This document shows, piece by piece, positions 38,708-45,401 of a stretch of 64,000 nt of DNA. The position numbers were made by a program, and so were the translations under genes. The notes below the pieces were generated by a model that was not told the origin of the DNA, searched no databases, and saw only the letters and a program-made list of their open reading frames with translations. The DNA is taken from the IMG/VR virus record IMGVR_UViG_3300032579_000011, positions 14,899-78,898 of that record; one strand, 5' to 3'. Every line of letters begins with the position of its first letter. Within the stretch, counting starts at the first letter, position 1. Source of the stretch: a virus.

Positions 38708-39050
38708 ACATAAAAATTAATAACACGAAAATTAAAACTCCCCAAAAATATTTCGATGAGATCAAAGAATTCAAAGCTTCTGTTTCGGCTTTGGATAATT
38801 TCTTTGATCTCATTTTTTTGTATTTAATTTTCTTAGGACCAGAAGAAAAAATAGTTTTTCTCATAGTCATACCACCAGCGTGATATGTTTGTGTTAGTTT
38901 AGTTTTTCCGTTTGGAGATTGAGAAATCGTAGTTCTACCATTTTTATTACCAATAGATTGTGAATGGGTAAATCCTTTACCATAATTCGTTGTTGTGGTA
39001 AATCTAACTCCGCCAGGACCTTTTATTGTTCTTTTAACCCAGTTTGCCAT
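38697..39050 (-). CDS. Hypothetical membrane-anchored protein
   Basis: Basic N-region, C-terminal TM helix. Confidence 0.6.
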   Translation of the reverse strand: MANWVKRTIKGPGGVRFTTTTNYGKGFTHSQSIGNKNGRTTISQSPNGKTKLTQTYHAGGMTMRKTIFSSGPKKIKYKKMRSKKLSKAETEALNSLISSKYFWGVLIFVLLIFMFMK

Positions 39051-39124
39051 AAAAAATACTCCGGAATGCGCTCCCGGAGTATTTATCTTCGTATTTTAAA
39101 TGATGTATTAAAGTAACAATTTCA

Positions 39125-39481
39125 TTACTGAACAAACACACCAGTAACTTTAACAACCTGACCGTTAGGCAGTACTACGTTAGCGACAACAGGTGCATTA
39201 GATTTACGTACAGCGCCTGCCTTAACAGGAGCGGCTGGTGTTACTGAAGCATTCTTAACAGCAGCACAAATAGCGTTAGCAATAGAATTTGCATCAGTGG
39301 TTACGTTAGATGATACATTAGGAATCATTCCAGCAAGTTCAACAGCGGTTGGAATGAATTGACAAGCCTGAAGAGTTGCCGCTTGAATCTGTGCAGCAGT
39401 GATAGTTGTTCCCGCAACATTACAACCAGCCAAAGCTAATCCTGATACTAATACTGTTCCAATTAAAATATTCTTGTTCAT
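39125..39481 (-). CDS. Lipoprotein
   Basis: LALAGC lipobox. Confidence 0.7.
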   Translation of the reverse strand: MNKNILIGTVLVSGLALAGCNVAGTTITAAQIQAATLQACQFIPTAVELAGMIPNVSSNVTTDANSIANAICAAVKNASVTPAAPVKAGAVRKSNAPVVANVVLPNGQVVKVTGVFVQ

Positions 39482-40041
39482 TTAGATTCTCCTATATATT
39501 GTTGATAAATTTTTTGTTCTGTTGGGTCTAATTCTTGACCATCTTTTAATTTTTGAATAATCACCATCATTTCAGCGTCCATCGGCGTTGTGTTTTTACC
39601 TAAAAACACCAAAATATCCAATATTTTTAAAACTGGTGCTGATAGAGGAACAAATGGCGAAATAAGTTTAGCTATATCGTCTATTAATGAACTACCAGCA
39701 AGAAATGGGTTGTTTCCCATTAATGCATCTTTTATGCCTTTCCAATCTATTCCTTCTGCTATTAGAATAGACTGAATAATTTTCTTAATATCTAATTTTT
39801 CAGAATTTGATTTTGGATAACTGTCGGCAAATCCAGCCAACATTTTAATTACTGCCTCGGCAACATTTGCTTGAGGAACAAAAGGTTTTGCAATTTCAAA
39901 AGCATCTTCCAAAGAAACAACACCTAATCCTAACCAATCTGAATTTTGAAATTTTTGACGTAATTCAAACCAATTAAGATTAGATGCAATTTGAATAGCG
40001 TTTTTTAAATTCGCTATTGTTTGATCGTCTATATTAATCAT
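39478..40041 (-). CDS. Hypothetical protein with internal duplication
   Basis: Two similar halves (NLNW...IAKPFVP / GIDW...ISPFVP). Confidence 0.6.
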   Translation of the reverse strand: MINIDDQTIANLKNAIQIASNLNWFELRQKFQNSDWLGLGVVSLEDAFEIAKPFVPQANVAEAVIKMLAGFADSYPKSNSEKLDIKKIIQSILIAEGIDWKGIKDALMGNNPFLAGSSLIDDIAKLISPFVPLSAPVLKILDILVFLGKNTTPMDAEMMVIIQKLKDGQELDPTEQKIYQQYIGESK

Positions 40042-40247
40042 TTACTTGCTGGAGTTTCAGGCATAACAATAGCTAGAAGTCCGCCAACAGCAACACCAAC
40101 AGCAATTATACTATCTCCCAAAGCACCGGGGAATAATGTATGTATTGATACTGCCACTAGTCCGCCGCCAGCCCATGTGCTAGGCTCTTTAACTCTATCT
40201 GCTACCCATACAAGTGCTTTAATAACTTTATCCATTATAACCTCCAT
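40038..40247 (-). CDS. Small holin-like membrane protein
   Basis: RVKEPSTWAG followed by two hydrophobic segments; late promoter at 40274-40281. Confidence 0.6.
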   Translation of the reverse strand: MEVIMDKVIKALVWVADRVKEPSTWAGGGLVAVSIHTLFPGALGDSIIAVGVAVGGLLAIVMPETPASK

Positions 40248-40294
40248 ATTTTTATTACCCAAAGGGCCATTCTTATTTATAAAATATGGATATT

Positions 40295-40322
40295 AAAAAA
40301 GGGCGGGGATGAACCCACCCTT
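40295..40322 (-). terminator. Rho-independent terminator after DUF2828-type gene
   Basis: AAGGGTGGG-TTCATC-CCCGCCCTT-TTTT on minus strand. Confidence 0.8.
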
Positions 40323-40332
40323 AATTAGAAAT

Positions 40333-41766
40333 TTAGAAGTCGTAGCGATCAGACATTAATGTCTTAAGCATGATCGCCTCCGGAGTAAAGTCCTCCAAAT
40401 CAGCAGCCAACACCGACTTAACGATAGTTGGAGAGAAACCAGAAACAAGAGCAACGCCTCGTTCATCGAACTTAACAGGCACATTTTCATGTGCATTCAA
40501 GTTCCAGAAAACGATGTTAGGCATATTGTAAGCATGATAGATATACTTACGAGCAATCATTTCCATAGCAGAGTCATCGTGAGTAGTGCACTGATCAAAC
40601 TGCATGTCCGAAAGAATCAGCAGCATTGCAGGCATTTCTGACTGAGGAACATTACCTTCAATTGCAGTGAGAAGGATTTTATCCAGCGCGAGATGCAGGT
40701 TAGTGTTCATGTCCCACTTCGAAGTTACCATCTGCTTAACCTTATCGAGGATGTTACCACGAAGATGAAGCAGCTCAGGCTTGCCAGAGAAAGTCAAGAA
40801 CGTATCCTTAAACTTACCAGTGTTCTTTTCAGCAAGGTAAAGACCAAGAGAAACAGAAACGTCAAGGCAAGTTACCTTCGACTTGGAGTTATAGCCACCA
40901 GCAGGTGAAGTCATTGAACCAGAAACGTCAACGAGCGGAAGGATGTTTGCATCACCAACAAAGTTAGGAAGATCATCCCACTGAGCACGAATGTGATCGA
41001 GGTTCGACTGATTATATGACGCATTGTAACCGTAAGGAGAAACACCCTTCAGCACATCATACGGATAAACCGCACCAGCATTGACCTTGACAGTCTTTGC
41101 TACTTCAGGATCCTTCGAAACAAGAGCAGTAGTCCACTCCTTATACTTCTCAGTGTGACGTGAGAAAGCCTTCTTATATCTAGAAGAAGCAAGCGAAGGA
41201 ACATGGTTGAAATTAATTTCATCCCAATTCTTAGCGCACATGTCCTGCTCAACAACCTTGGTCAAGCTAACCAGTGTCTTACGATACTGCTTAGGTGACA
41301 TTCCAAGGAACGAACGAAGTTCAGCGGCTTCCTTACCCTTACGTGGCATCCACTTAGCAGCAAGACCATTCTTGGCTTCAAGAGCATCACGAACCATCGC
41401 AAATGCGATCTGACGCAAATCACCCTTGGTAACAAAGATATCGTCCCAACGTCCAAGCTCGGGAACACGCTTCAAAAGACGCTCCGCATATGCAGGATCA
41501 TGATCACAAGCATATTCTAGAATATCCCGGAAAATCTTACGCTCACCAGCGCCTCCGCGAATATCACGCGCCCAAAGAACAACACGGCCAGCCAATTCCT
41601 TATCTTGAACATAAGCTGCCGTAAAGTCAGGAATTACGTTCTTACCGCGAGATGCACCAATCTTATAGAAAAGATCAGTAACTGAATTGGCAGTAGACTT
41701 ACGAGCCTTCATACCATTAGTAGTACGAGCAGTCTGGTTCTTAACGGCATTAACAAATGTTGACAT
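40333..41766 (-). CDS. DUF2828-type TROVE-like/vWA protein (Ro60-related architecture)
   Basis: RDIRGGAGER, GRWDD, AAKWMPR, VPSLA; vWA MIDAS DVSGSM, TN, SDMQFD, VFWNL, SGFSP. Confidence 0.82.
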   Translation of the reverse strand: MSTFVNAVKNQTARTTNGMKARKSTANSVTDLFYKIGASRGKNVIPDFTAAYVQDKELAGRVVLWARDIRGGAGERKIFRDILEYACDHDPAYAERLLKRVPELGRWDDIFVTKGDLRQIAFAMVRDALEAKNGLAAKWMPRKGKEAAELRSFLGMSPKQYRKTLVSLTKVVEQDMCAKNWDEINFNHVPSLASSRYKKAFSRHTEKYKEWTTALVSKDPEVAKTVKVNAGAVYPYDVLKGVSPYGYNASYNQSNLDHIRAQWDDLPNFVGDANILPLVDVSGSMTSPAGGYNSKSKVTCLDVSVSLGLYLAEKNTGKFKDTFLTFSGKPELLHLRGNILDKVKQMVTSKWDMNTNLHLALDKILLTAIEGNVPQSEMPAMLLILSDMQFDQCTTHDDSAMEMIARKYIYHAYNMPNIVFWNLNAHENVPVKFDERGVALVSGFSPTIVKSVLAADLEDFTPEAIMLKTLMSDRYDF

Positions 41767-41787
41767 TTCACTTCTCCTTTGTTATCA

Positions 41788-41845
41788 ACAGATTGAACTT
41801 TTTTCTATTTTGCATATAGATTTTATTATTGCTGAACTCAATCTT
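41788..41845 (-). ncRNA. CAGCA-motif RNA unit 3 with Cys(GCA) anticodon-loop mimic
   Basis: AGATTGA/TCAATCT stem, TTCAGCAA, TCTAT-ATGCAAA-ATAGA. Confidence 0.65.
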
Positions 41846-41851
41846 AATTAA

Positions 41852-41917
41852 ACAGTATCACTTTTTGCTTTTTTTGATTACAAGTCAAATGCATTTTGGA
41901 TTGCTGAAATGATACTT
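41852..41917 (-). ncRNA. CAGCA-motif RNA unit 2 with Thr(TGT) anticodon-loop mimic
   Basis: AGTATCA/TGATACT stem, TTCAGCAA, TTTGA-CTTGTAA-TCAAA. Confidence 0.7.
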
Positions 41918-41924
41918 AAACTTA

Positions 41925-42145
41925 TCAGGTTAGTCGCGGTATTGTGGTCCACCATCCTCCGAAGAGGTTCAGGTTATTACGAGTAACCCCGAAGGATTCT
42001 CGACCACCCAGTGTTCATCAAAGTTCCCCCATCTTTCGATGGCTAAATCTCAGAAGGAAAGTCAAGCTTTCCAGAAGATGCCTCTAATCACTGCCTTCGC
42101 TGTTATCGCGATTTCAAACATAGGTTGTGTGCTGTATCTAACCTT
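41925..42145 (-). ncRNA. CAGCA-motif RNA unit 1 (about 220 nt, multi-hairpin)
   Basis: AGGTTAG/CTAACCT stem, TACAGCAC, GAAA and two TTCG tetraloop hairpins. Confidence 0.7.
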
Positions 42146-42159
42146 AATTCTTATCATTT

Positions 42160-42188
42160 ATAATACCGCGACTTAAGTTAAAAGTCAA
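42160..42188 (-). promoter_or_regulatory. sigma70-like promoter for ncRNA array and DUF2828-type gene
   Basis: TTGACT-N17-TATTAT. Confidence 0.7.
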
Positions 42189-42198
42189 GTAGTATTTT

Positions 42199-42272
42199 TG
42201 GTGCTTCTGCGTGGAATCAAACCACGGTAGATCGATTATCAGTCGATTATTCTATCATTGAATTACAGAAGC
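42199..42272 (-). tRNA. tRNA-Ile(GAT)
   Basis: ATCGA-CTGATAA-TCGAT; CCA; atypical D and T loops. Confidence 0.8.
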
Positions 42273-42278
42273 ATTAAA

Positions 42279-42301
42279 TGGTGCCGGATGAGAGATTCGA
42301 A
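42279..42301 (-). pseudogene. 3' fragment of a broken tRNA
   Basis: TTCGAATCTCTCATCCGGCACCA; acceptor complementary to the 5' fragment at 42540-42567. Confidence 0.7.
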
Positions 42302-42304
42302 CCG

Positions 42305-42453
42305 CCTAAAATCTCATTTATTATATTTAGACCCTAAAAACGAATATCTTATAAAGACAGATATTAATAAAATTATAAATGCATCAAACCAAAACAATAT
42401 ATATGTAATTGTTATTGGCAAAAAACACATTAATTTAGAGTCAATTAAAGAAA
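42305..42453 (+). pseudogene. Remnant of PD-(D/E)XK endonuclease C-terminus
   Basis: LYLDPKNEYLI...KI...NQN.I.V matches IYLDPKNDYLI...KINKVCDQNKIKV of 45392-46027. Confidence 0.65.
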
Positions 42454-42527
42454 TGGTAGGGGATAGAGGTAACGCTCCTCTTCTTCCTGCTTGTAAAACA
42501 GGCACTCTACTTTTAAGTTAATCCCCC
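42454..42527 (-). tRNA. tRNA-Val(TAC)
   Basis: CCTGT-TTTACAA-GCAGG; atypical T loop AGCGTTA; CCA. Confidence 0.75.
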
Positions 42528-42539
42528 AAAATTATTTTA

Positions 42540-42567
42540 GGTTGCTCTACCTCTGTGCTAATCCGGC
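42540..42567 (-). pseudogene. 5' fragment of a broken tRNA
   Basis: GCCGGATTAGCACAGAGGTAGAGCAACC. Confidence 0.7.
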
Positions 42568-42571
42568 GTAT

Positions 42572-42648
42572 TGGCGCGACGGAAGGGAGTCGAACCCTCA
42601 TTGCCCTGATTGAAAGTCAGGTTTCCTAGGCCGTTAGAAGACCGTCGC
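42572..42648 (-). tRNA. tRNA-Glu(TTC)
   Basis: CCTGA-CTTTCAA-TCAGG; CCA. Confidence 0.88.
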
Positions 42649-42652
42649 ATAA

Positions 42653-42742
42653 TGGCGGAAAGGGTGAGATTCGAACTCACGGAACCCTTTCAGGTTCGCT
42701 AGTTTTCAAGACTAGAGCCATCAACCACTCGGCCACCTTTCC
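42653..42742 (-). tRNA. tRNA-Ser(TGA)
   Basis: CTAGT-CTTGAAA-ACTAG; long variable arm; G73 CCA. Confidence 0.92.
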
Positions 42743-42794
42743 ATTATTCTTTATATAGTATATTCTAAGACTTGTTTAAAGTCAAGCATTATTT

Positions 42795-42870
42795 TGGCAC
42801 CCCGTCAAGGACTCGAACCCTGCTCTTCGGTTTTGGAGACCGAAACATCGCCCCTAAATGCTTACGAGGT
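42795..42870 (-). tRNA. tRNA-Trp(CCA)
   Basis: TCGGT-CTCCAAA-ACCGA; CCA. Confidence 0.85.
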
Positions 42871-42887
42871 ATTGTTTCTATTTATAA

Positions 42888-42977
42888 TGGCGGAGAGTGA
42901 GAGATTCGAACTCTCGGTAGAGTTTCCCCTACGTCTCGTTAGCAGTGAGGTGCCTTAGACCGCTCGGCCAACTCTCC
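42888..42977 (-). tRNA. tRNA-Ser(GCT)
   Basis: CTGCTAA loop, long variable arm; two mismatches in anticodon stem. Confidence 0.82.
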
Positions 42978-42982
42978 ATTAA

Positions 42983-43058
42983 TGGAGCTTCCCCACGGAA
43001 TCAAACCGTATCCTCACGTTCTTCAGACGCACGTGCACATCAGTTACACCAGAGAAGC
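42983..43058 (-). tRNA. tRNA-Phe(GAA)
   Basis: TGCGT-CTGAAGA-ACGTG; CCA. Confidence 0.78.
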
Positions 43059-43066
43059 ATTAAATT

Positions 43067-43142
43067 TGGATCGGGGAGCAGGGGTCGAACCTGCAGTCTT
43101 ACGGAGTCAAAGGCCGAGATGTTACCATTACACCATCCCCGA
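43067..43142 (-). tRNA. tRNA-Gln(TTG)
   Basis: U1-A72 acceptor TCGGGGA/TCCCCGA; CTTTGAC loop; weak anticodon stem. Confidence 0.7.
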
Positions 43143-43155
43143 ACAATTCTTAATT

Positions 43156-43233
43156 TGGTGCCGAGTGGTGGGCGTCGAACCCACTTTAATCAGGATATGA
43201 ATCTGATGCGATAGCCAATACCGCCCCATCGGC
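43156..43233 (-). tRNA. tRNA-Met/Ile2(CAT)
   Basis: TCAGA-TTCATAT-CCTGA; bulged acceptor; CCA. Confidence 0.7.
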
Positions 43234-43248
43234 ATTATTTGTATTTAG

Positions 43249-43324
43249 TGGTACCCGCTCTTGGATTCGAACCAAGTCTACCTGATCCACAATCAAGTGT
43301 GCTGACCAACAACACTAAGCGAGC
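43249..43324 (-). tRNA. tRNA-His(GTG), no G-1, A73
   Basis: CTTGA-TTGTGGA-TCAGG; ends ...GGGT-A-CCA. Confidence 0.85.
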
Positions 43325-43329
43325 ATAAT

Positions 43330-43406
43330 TGGTGCCCATGGTAGGACTCGAACCTACAAAACTCGGAGTTTGAAGCCGATACGTATACCAATTCCGTCAC
43401 AAGGGC
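43330..43406 (-). tRNA. tRNA-Leu(CAA)
   Basis: TTCAAAC loop; short variable region; A73 CCA. Confidence 0.8.
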
Positions 43407-43407
43407 T

Positions 43408-43483
43408 TGGCGCTGTTTGAGAGGATCGAACTCCCGACATCCTGATTACTAAACAGGTGCTCTACCAACTGAGCTAAAACAGC
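43408..43483 (-). tRNA. tRNA-Thr(AGT)
   Basis: Canonical D and T arms; CCTGT-TTAGTAA-TCAGG. Confidence 0.82.
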
Positions 43484-43490
43484 ATTATAA

Positions 43491-43571
43491 TGGTGCGCCT
43501 GGCAAGACTTGAACTTGCACCCGAAGACCAGTTTCTAAGACTGGCGTGTCTACCTATTCCACCACAAGCGC
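43491..43571 (-). tRNA. tRNA-Leu(TAG)
   Basis: CCAGT-CTTAGAA-ACTGG; CCA. Confidence 0.88.
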
Positions 43572-44066
43572 AGATTTTCTTTTTCTCCATGTCATTGTAA
43601 ATGAATGGCAATTTGGGCAAAGACCTTCTAAATTATTTCTATCGTTATTATTCGTATTGCCATCTTTATGTTCTAATTCAAGTTTTATGGGTTGACCTAA
43701 CCACTCAAATATTCCACAGTTATTACATTTAAAGTTTTGTTCTTCAAAAACTCTTCTTCTTTTTTGACCAGAACTAAGATCTTCAAACATTTTTGACAAA
43801 TACAAATTTTCTCTTTTCTTTTTTACTTTTTCTGATATACGGTTTCTAGTTTCTTCATTTATTGCGGAAAGGCGTTTTTCAATATGTTCTTGACTTTGTT
43901 TCTTTCCTTTATTGGATGGAGATCTTCCAATTAATTTTTCACTAACTTTTAAATTAATTTCTTTTCTTTTTGAGAAAGTAGAAAAAGCCGAAGCACATTT
44001 TTTACAACAAAATCTTCCAGAACCATATTCACCTGAATGAGTTTCTTTACAATATTCACATAACAT
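43554..44066 (-). CDS. HNH endonuclease
   Basis: CNNC...LELEHKDGNTNNN.RNNLEGLCPNCH; late promoter at 44100-44107. Confidence 0.88.
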   Translation of the reverse strand: MLCEYCKETHSGEYGSGRFCCKKCASAFSTFSKRKEINLKVSEKLIGRSPSNKGKKQSQEHIEKRLSAINEETRNRISEKVKKKRENLYLSKMFEDLSSGQKRRRVFEEQNFKCNNCGIFEWLGQPIKLELEHKDGNTNNNDRNNLEGLCPNCHSFTMTWRKRKSALVVE

Positions 44067-44123
44067 TTTTGAACCTCCAAAGTAACTTTTATATAAAGTT
44101 ATTTATAAAAGTTCGTTTTTCAG

Positions 44124-44198
44124 TGGAGCGTCGAGCGGGAATCGAACCCGCATCTCTTGGTTGGAAGCCAAGAATAATAACCACTATACTACCGACGC
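44124..44198 (-). tRNA. tRNA-Gly(TCC)
   Basis: CTTGG-CTTCCAA-CCAAG; U73 CCA. Confidence 0.9.
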
Positions 44199-44199
44199 G

Positions 44200-44270
44200 A
44201 GCGGGGAACGAGAATCGAACTCGTACGATTACCTTGGCAAGGTAACAGGCTACCACTACATCACCCCCGC
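44200..44270 (-). tRNA. tRNA-Gly(GCC), no encoded CCA
   Basis: TTACC-TTGCCAA-GGTAA; abuts tRNA-Gly(TCC). Confidence 0.8.
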
Positions 44271-44347
44271 ATACTGCTGCTCCGATTCGAACGGCGTTAT
44301 TCTCTTGTCGAAATAGTGTTTCCCATCAACACCGACAGCAATTTAAA

Positions 44348-44424
44348 TGGAGGTCAGTGAAGGACTCAAACCCTCAACCTTCGCGTTCGTAGCGCGATGC
44401 TCTATTCAGTTGAGCTAACTGACC
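44348..44424 (-). tRNA. tRNA-Arg(ACG)
   Basis: TCGCG-CTACGAA-CGCGA; CCA. Confidence 0.88.
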
Positions 44425-44725
44425 TTTTTCTTTTATTTTTTATTTTTTTCGTAGCTTTCCAAAGCTGTACCCCACTTTTTTCAAGTTTATGAATTTCATT
44501 ATGACAATTTCTACAGACAGGAACTAAATCTATACCTATATGTTCATTTCCAAGACGTTTATATGTTCTATGATGTAAATCTAATGGGACGTTAGACGCT
44601 TGGCAACAATAACAATTCCATTTTCCTTCGCCTTTTATTTGTTTATATAAATTTGAAGAGTAGAAATCTTTTCTCTTTTTTTGCCATTCTTTTGAATTGA
44701 TATAATCATAATATTTCATATACAA
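44402..44725 (-). CDS. Small HNH endonuclease
   Basis: SKEWQKKR, CYCC, LDLHHRTY, LVPVCRNCH..IH. Confidence 0.82.
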   Translation of the reverse strand: MYMKYYDYINSKEWQKKRKDFYSSNLYKQIKGEGKWNCYCCQASNVPLDLHHRTYKRLGNEHIGIDLVPVCRNCHNEIHKLEKSGVQLWKATKKIKNKRKRSVSSTE

Positions 44726-44734
44726 GACTTTCTA

Positions 44735-44809
44735 TGGAGGTGCCTCCCAGAATCGAACTGGGTTCTCAAGGTTTTGCAGACCTGTGCATTGCCATCCTAC
44801 TCAGGCACC
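44735..44809 (-). tRNA. tRNA-Cys(GCA)
   Basis: CTGCAAA loop; U73 CCA. Confidence 0.85.
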
Positions 44810-45007
44810 AATATATTCTATTCTTGGATCACTAGGAGTTGGTTGACCATACCATATGGTTGTATCCATTTCCATAATACGATAGATGCGATATTCTGGA
44901 TAATTTTGTTCAAATAAATTGAAGACATCATTAACAATTTCGACATTACGAACAACACGAGTATGTTGTTTCATATCATAATTATATTGAACGATTACGT
45001 CAGTCAT
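44801..45007 (-). CDS. Hypothetical protein (68 aa)
   Basis: AAGGA RBS, MTDVIVQY start; stop lies inside tRNA-Cys. Confidence 0.55.
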   Translation of the reverse strand: MTDVIVQYNYDMKQHTRVVRNVEIVNDVFNLFEQNYPEYRIYRIMEMDTTIWYGQPTPSDPRIEYIGA

Positions 45008-45023
45008 ATCAAAATCCTTTAAT

Positions 45024-45099
45024 TGGCTGGGGATCAAGGACTCGAACCTCGGACATCCAGATTCAGAGTCTGGCGTTCTACCAACTGAACTAATCCCCA
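45024..45099 (-). tRNA. tRNA-Gln(CTG)
   Basis: CCAGA-CTCTGAA-TCTGG; U1-A72; CCA. Confidence 0.9.
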
Positions 45100-45105
45100 A
45101 TATAA

Positions 45106-45179
45106 TGGCGATCCTAAAGGGACTCGAACCCTCCTTTACCCGTAGACAGCGGGTAGCCTTCCCTGACGGCAATAGGACC
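45106..45179 (-). tRNA. tRNA-Asp(GTC)
   Basis: ACCCG-CTGTCTA-CGGGT; G73 CCA. Confidence 0.85.
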
Positions 45180-45186
45180 ATTAATT

Positions 45187-45259
45187 TGGTTGCGGTCGCT
45201 GGTGACGCTCCAGTTCTCTAGCTTATGAGGCTAGCATGGCACTTTTCCACTACCCCGCA
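45187..45259 (-). tRNA. tRNA-Met(CAT), degenerate
   Basis: CTAGC-CTCATAA-GCTAG; acceptor mismatches; T loop AGCGTCA. Confidence 0.6.
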
Positions 45260-45324
45260 ATAAAATTTATCTAGCAAACAACAAAATCCATTGTACTCGC
45301 ATCATTTTTTGTTTCCTTTTAATA

Positions 45325-45401
45325 TGGTGCTGAAGAAAGGACTCGAACCCTCAACCTTCGCATTACAAGTGCGCTGCTCTACCAATTAAAGCTACTTCAG
45401 C
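45325..45401 (-). tRNA. tRNA-Thr(TGT)
   Basis: CTTGTAA loop; CCA. Confidence 0.88.

Noticed and set aside
41788-42145. CRISPR array or plain direct repeats
   Set aside because: Units share pairing and only a short CAGCA motif, lengths differ widely, and no cas operon is present; the Cas4-like gene at 38045 is the usual T4-like exonuclease
44275-44340. Additional tRNA
   Set aside because: D-arm and TTCGAAT remnants are present but the anticodon arm and acceptor do not form and there is no CCA; at most a decayed tRNA
45267-45305. 12-codon micro-ORF MMRVQWILLFAR with AAGGA RBS between tRNAs
   Set aside because: Too short to support without conservation or translation data
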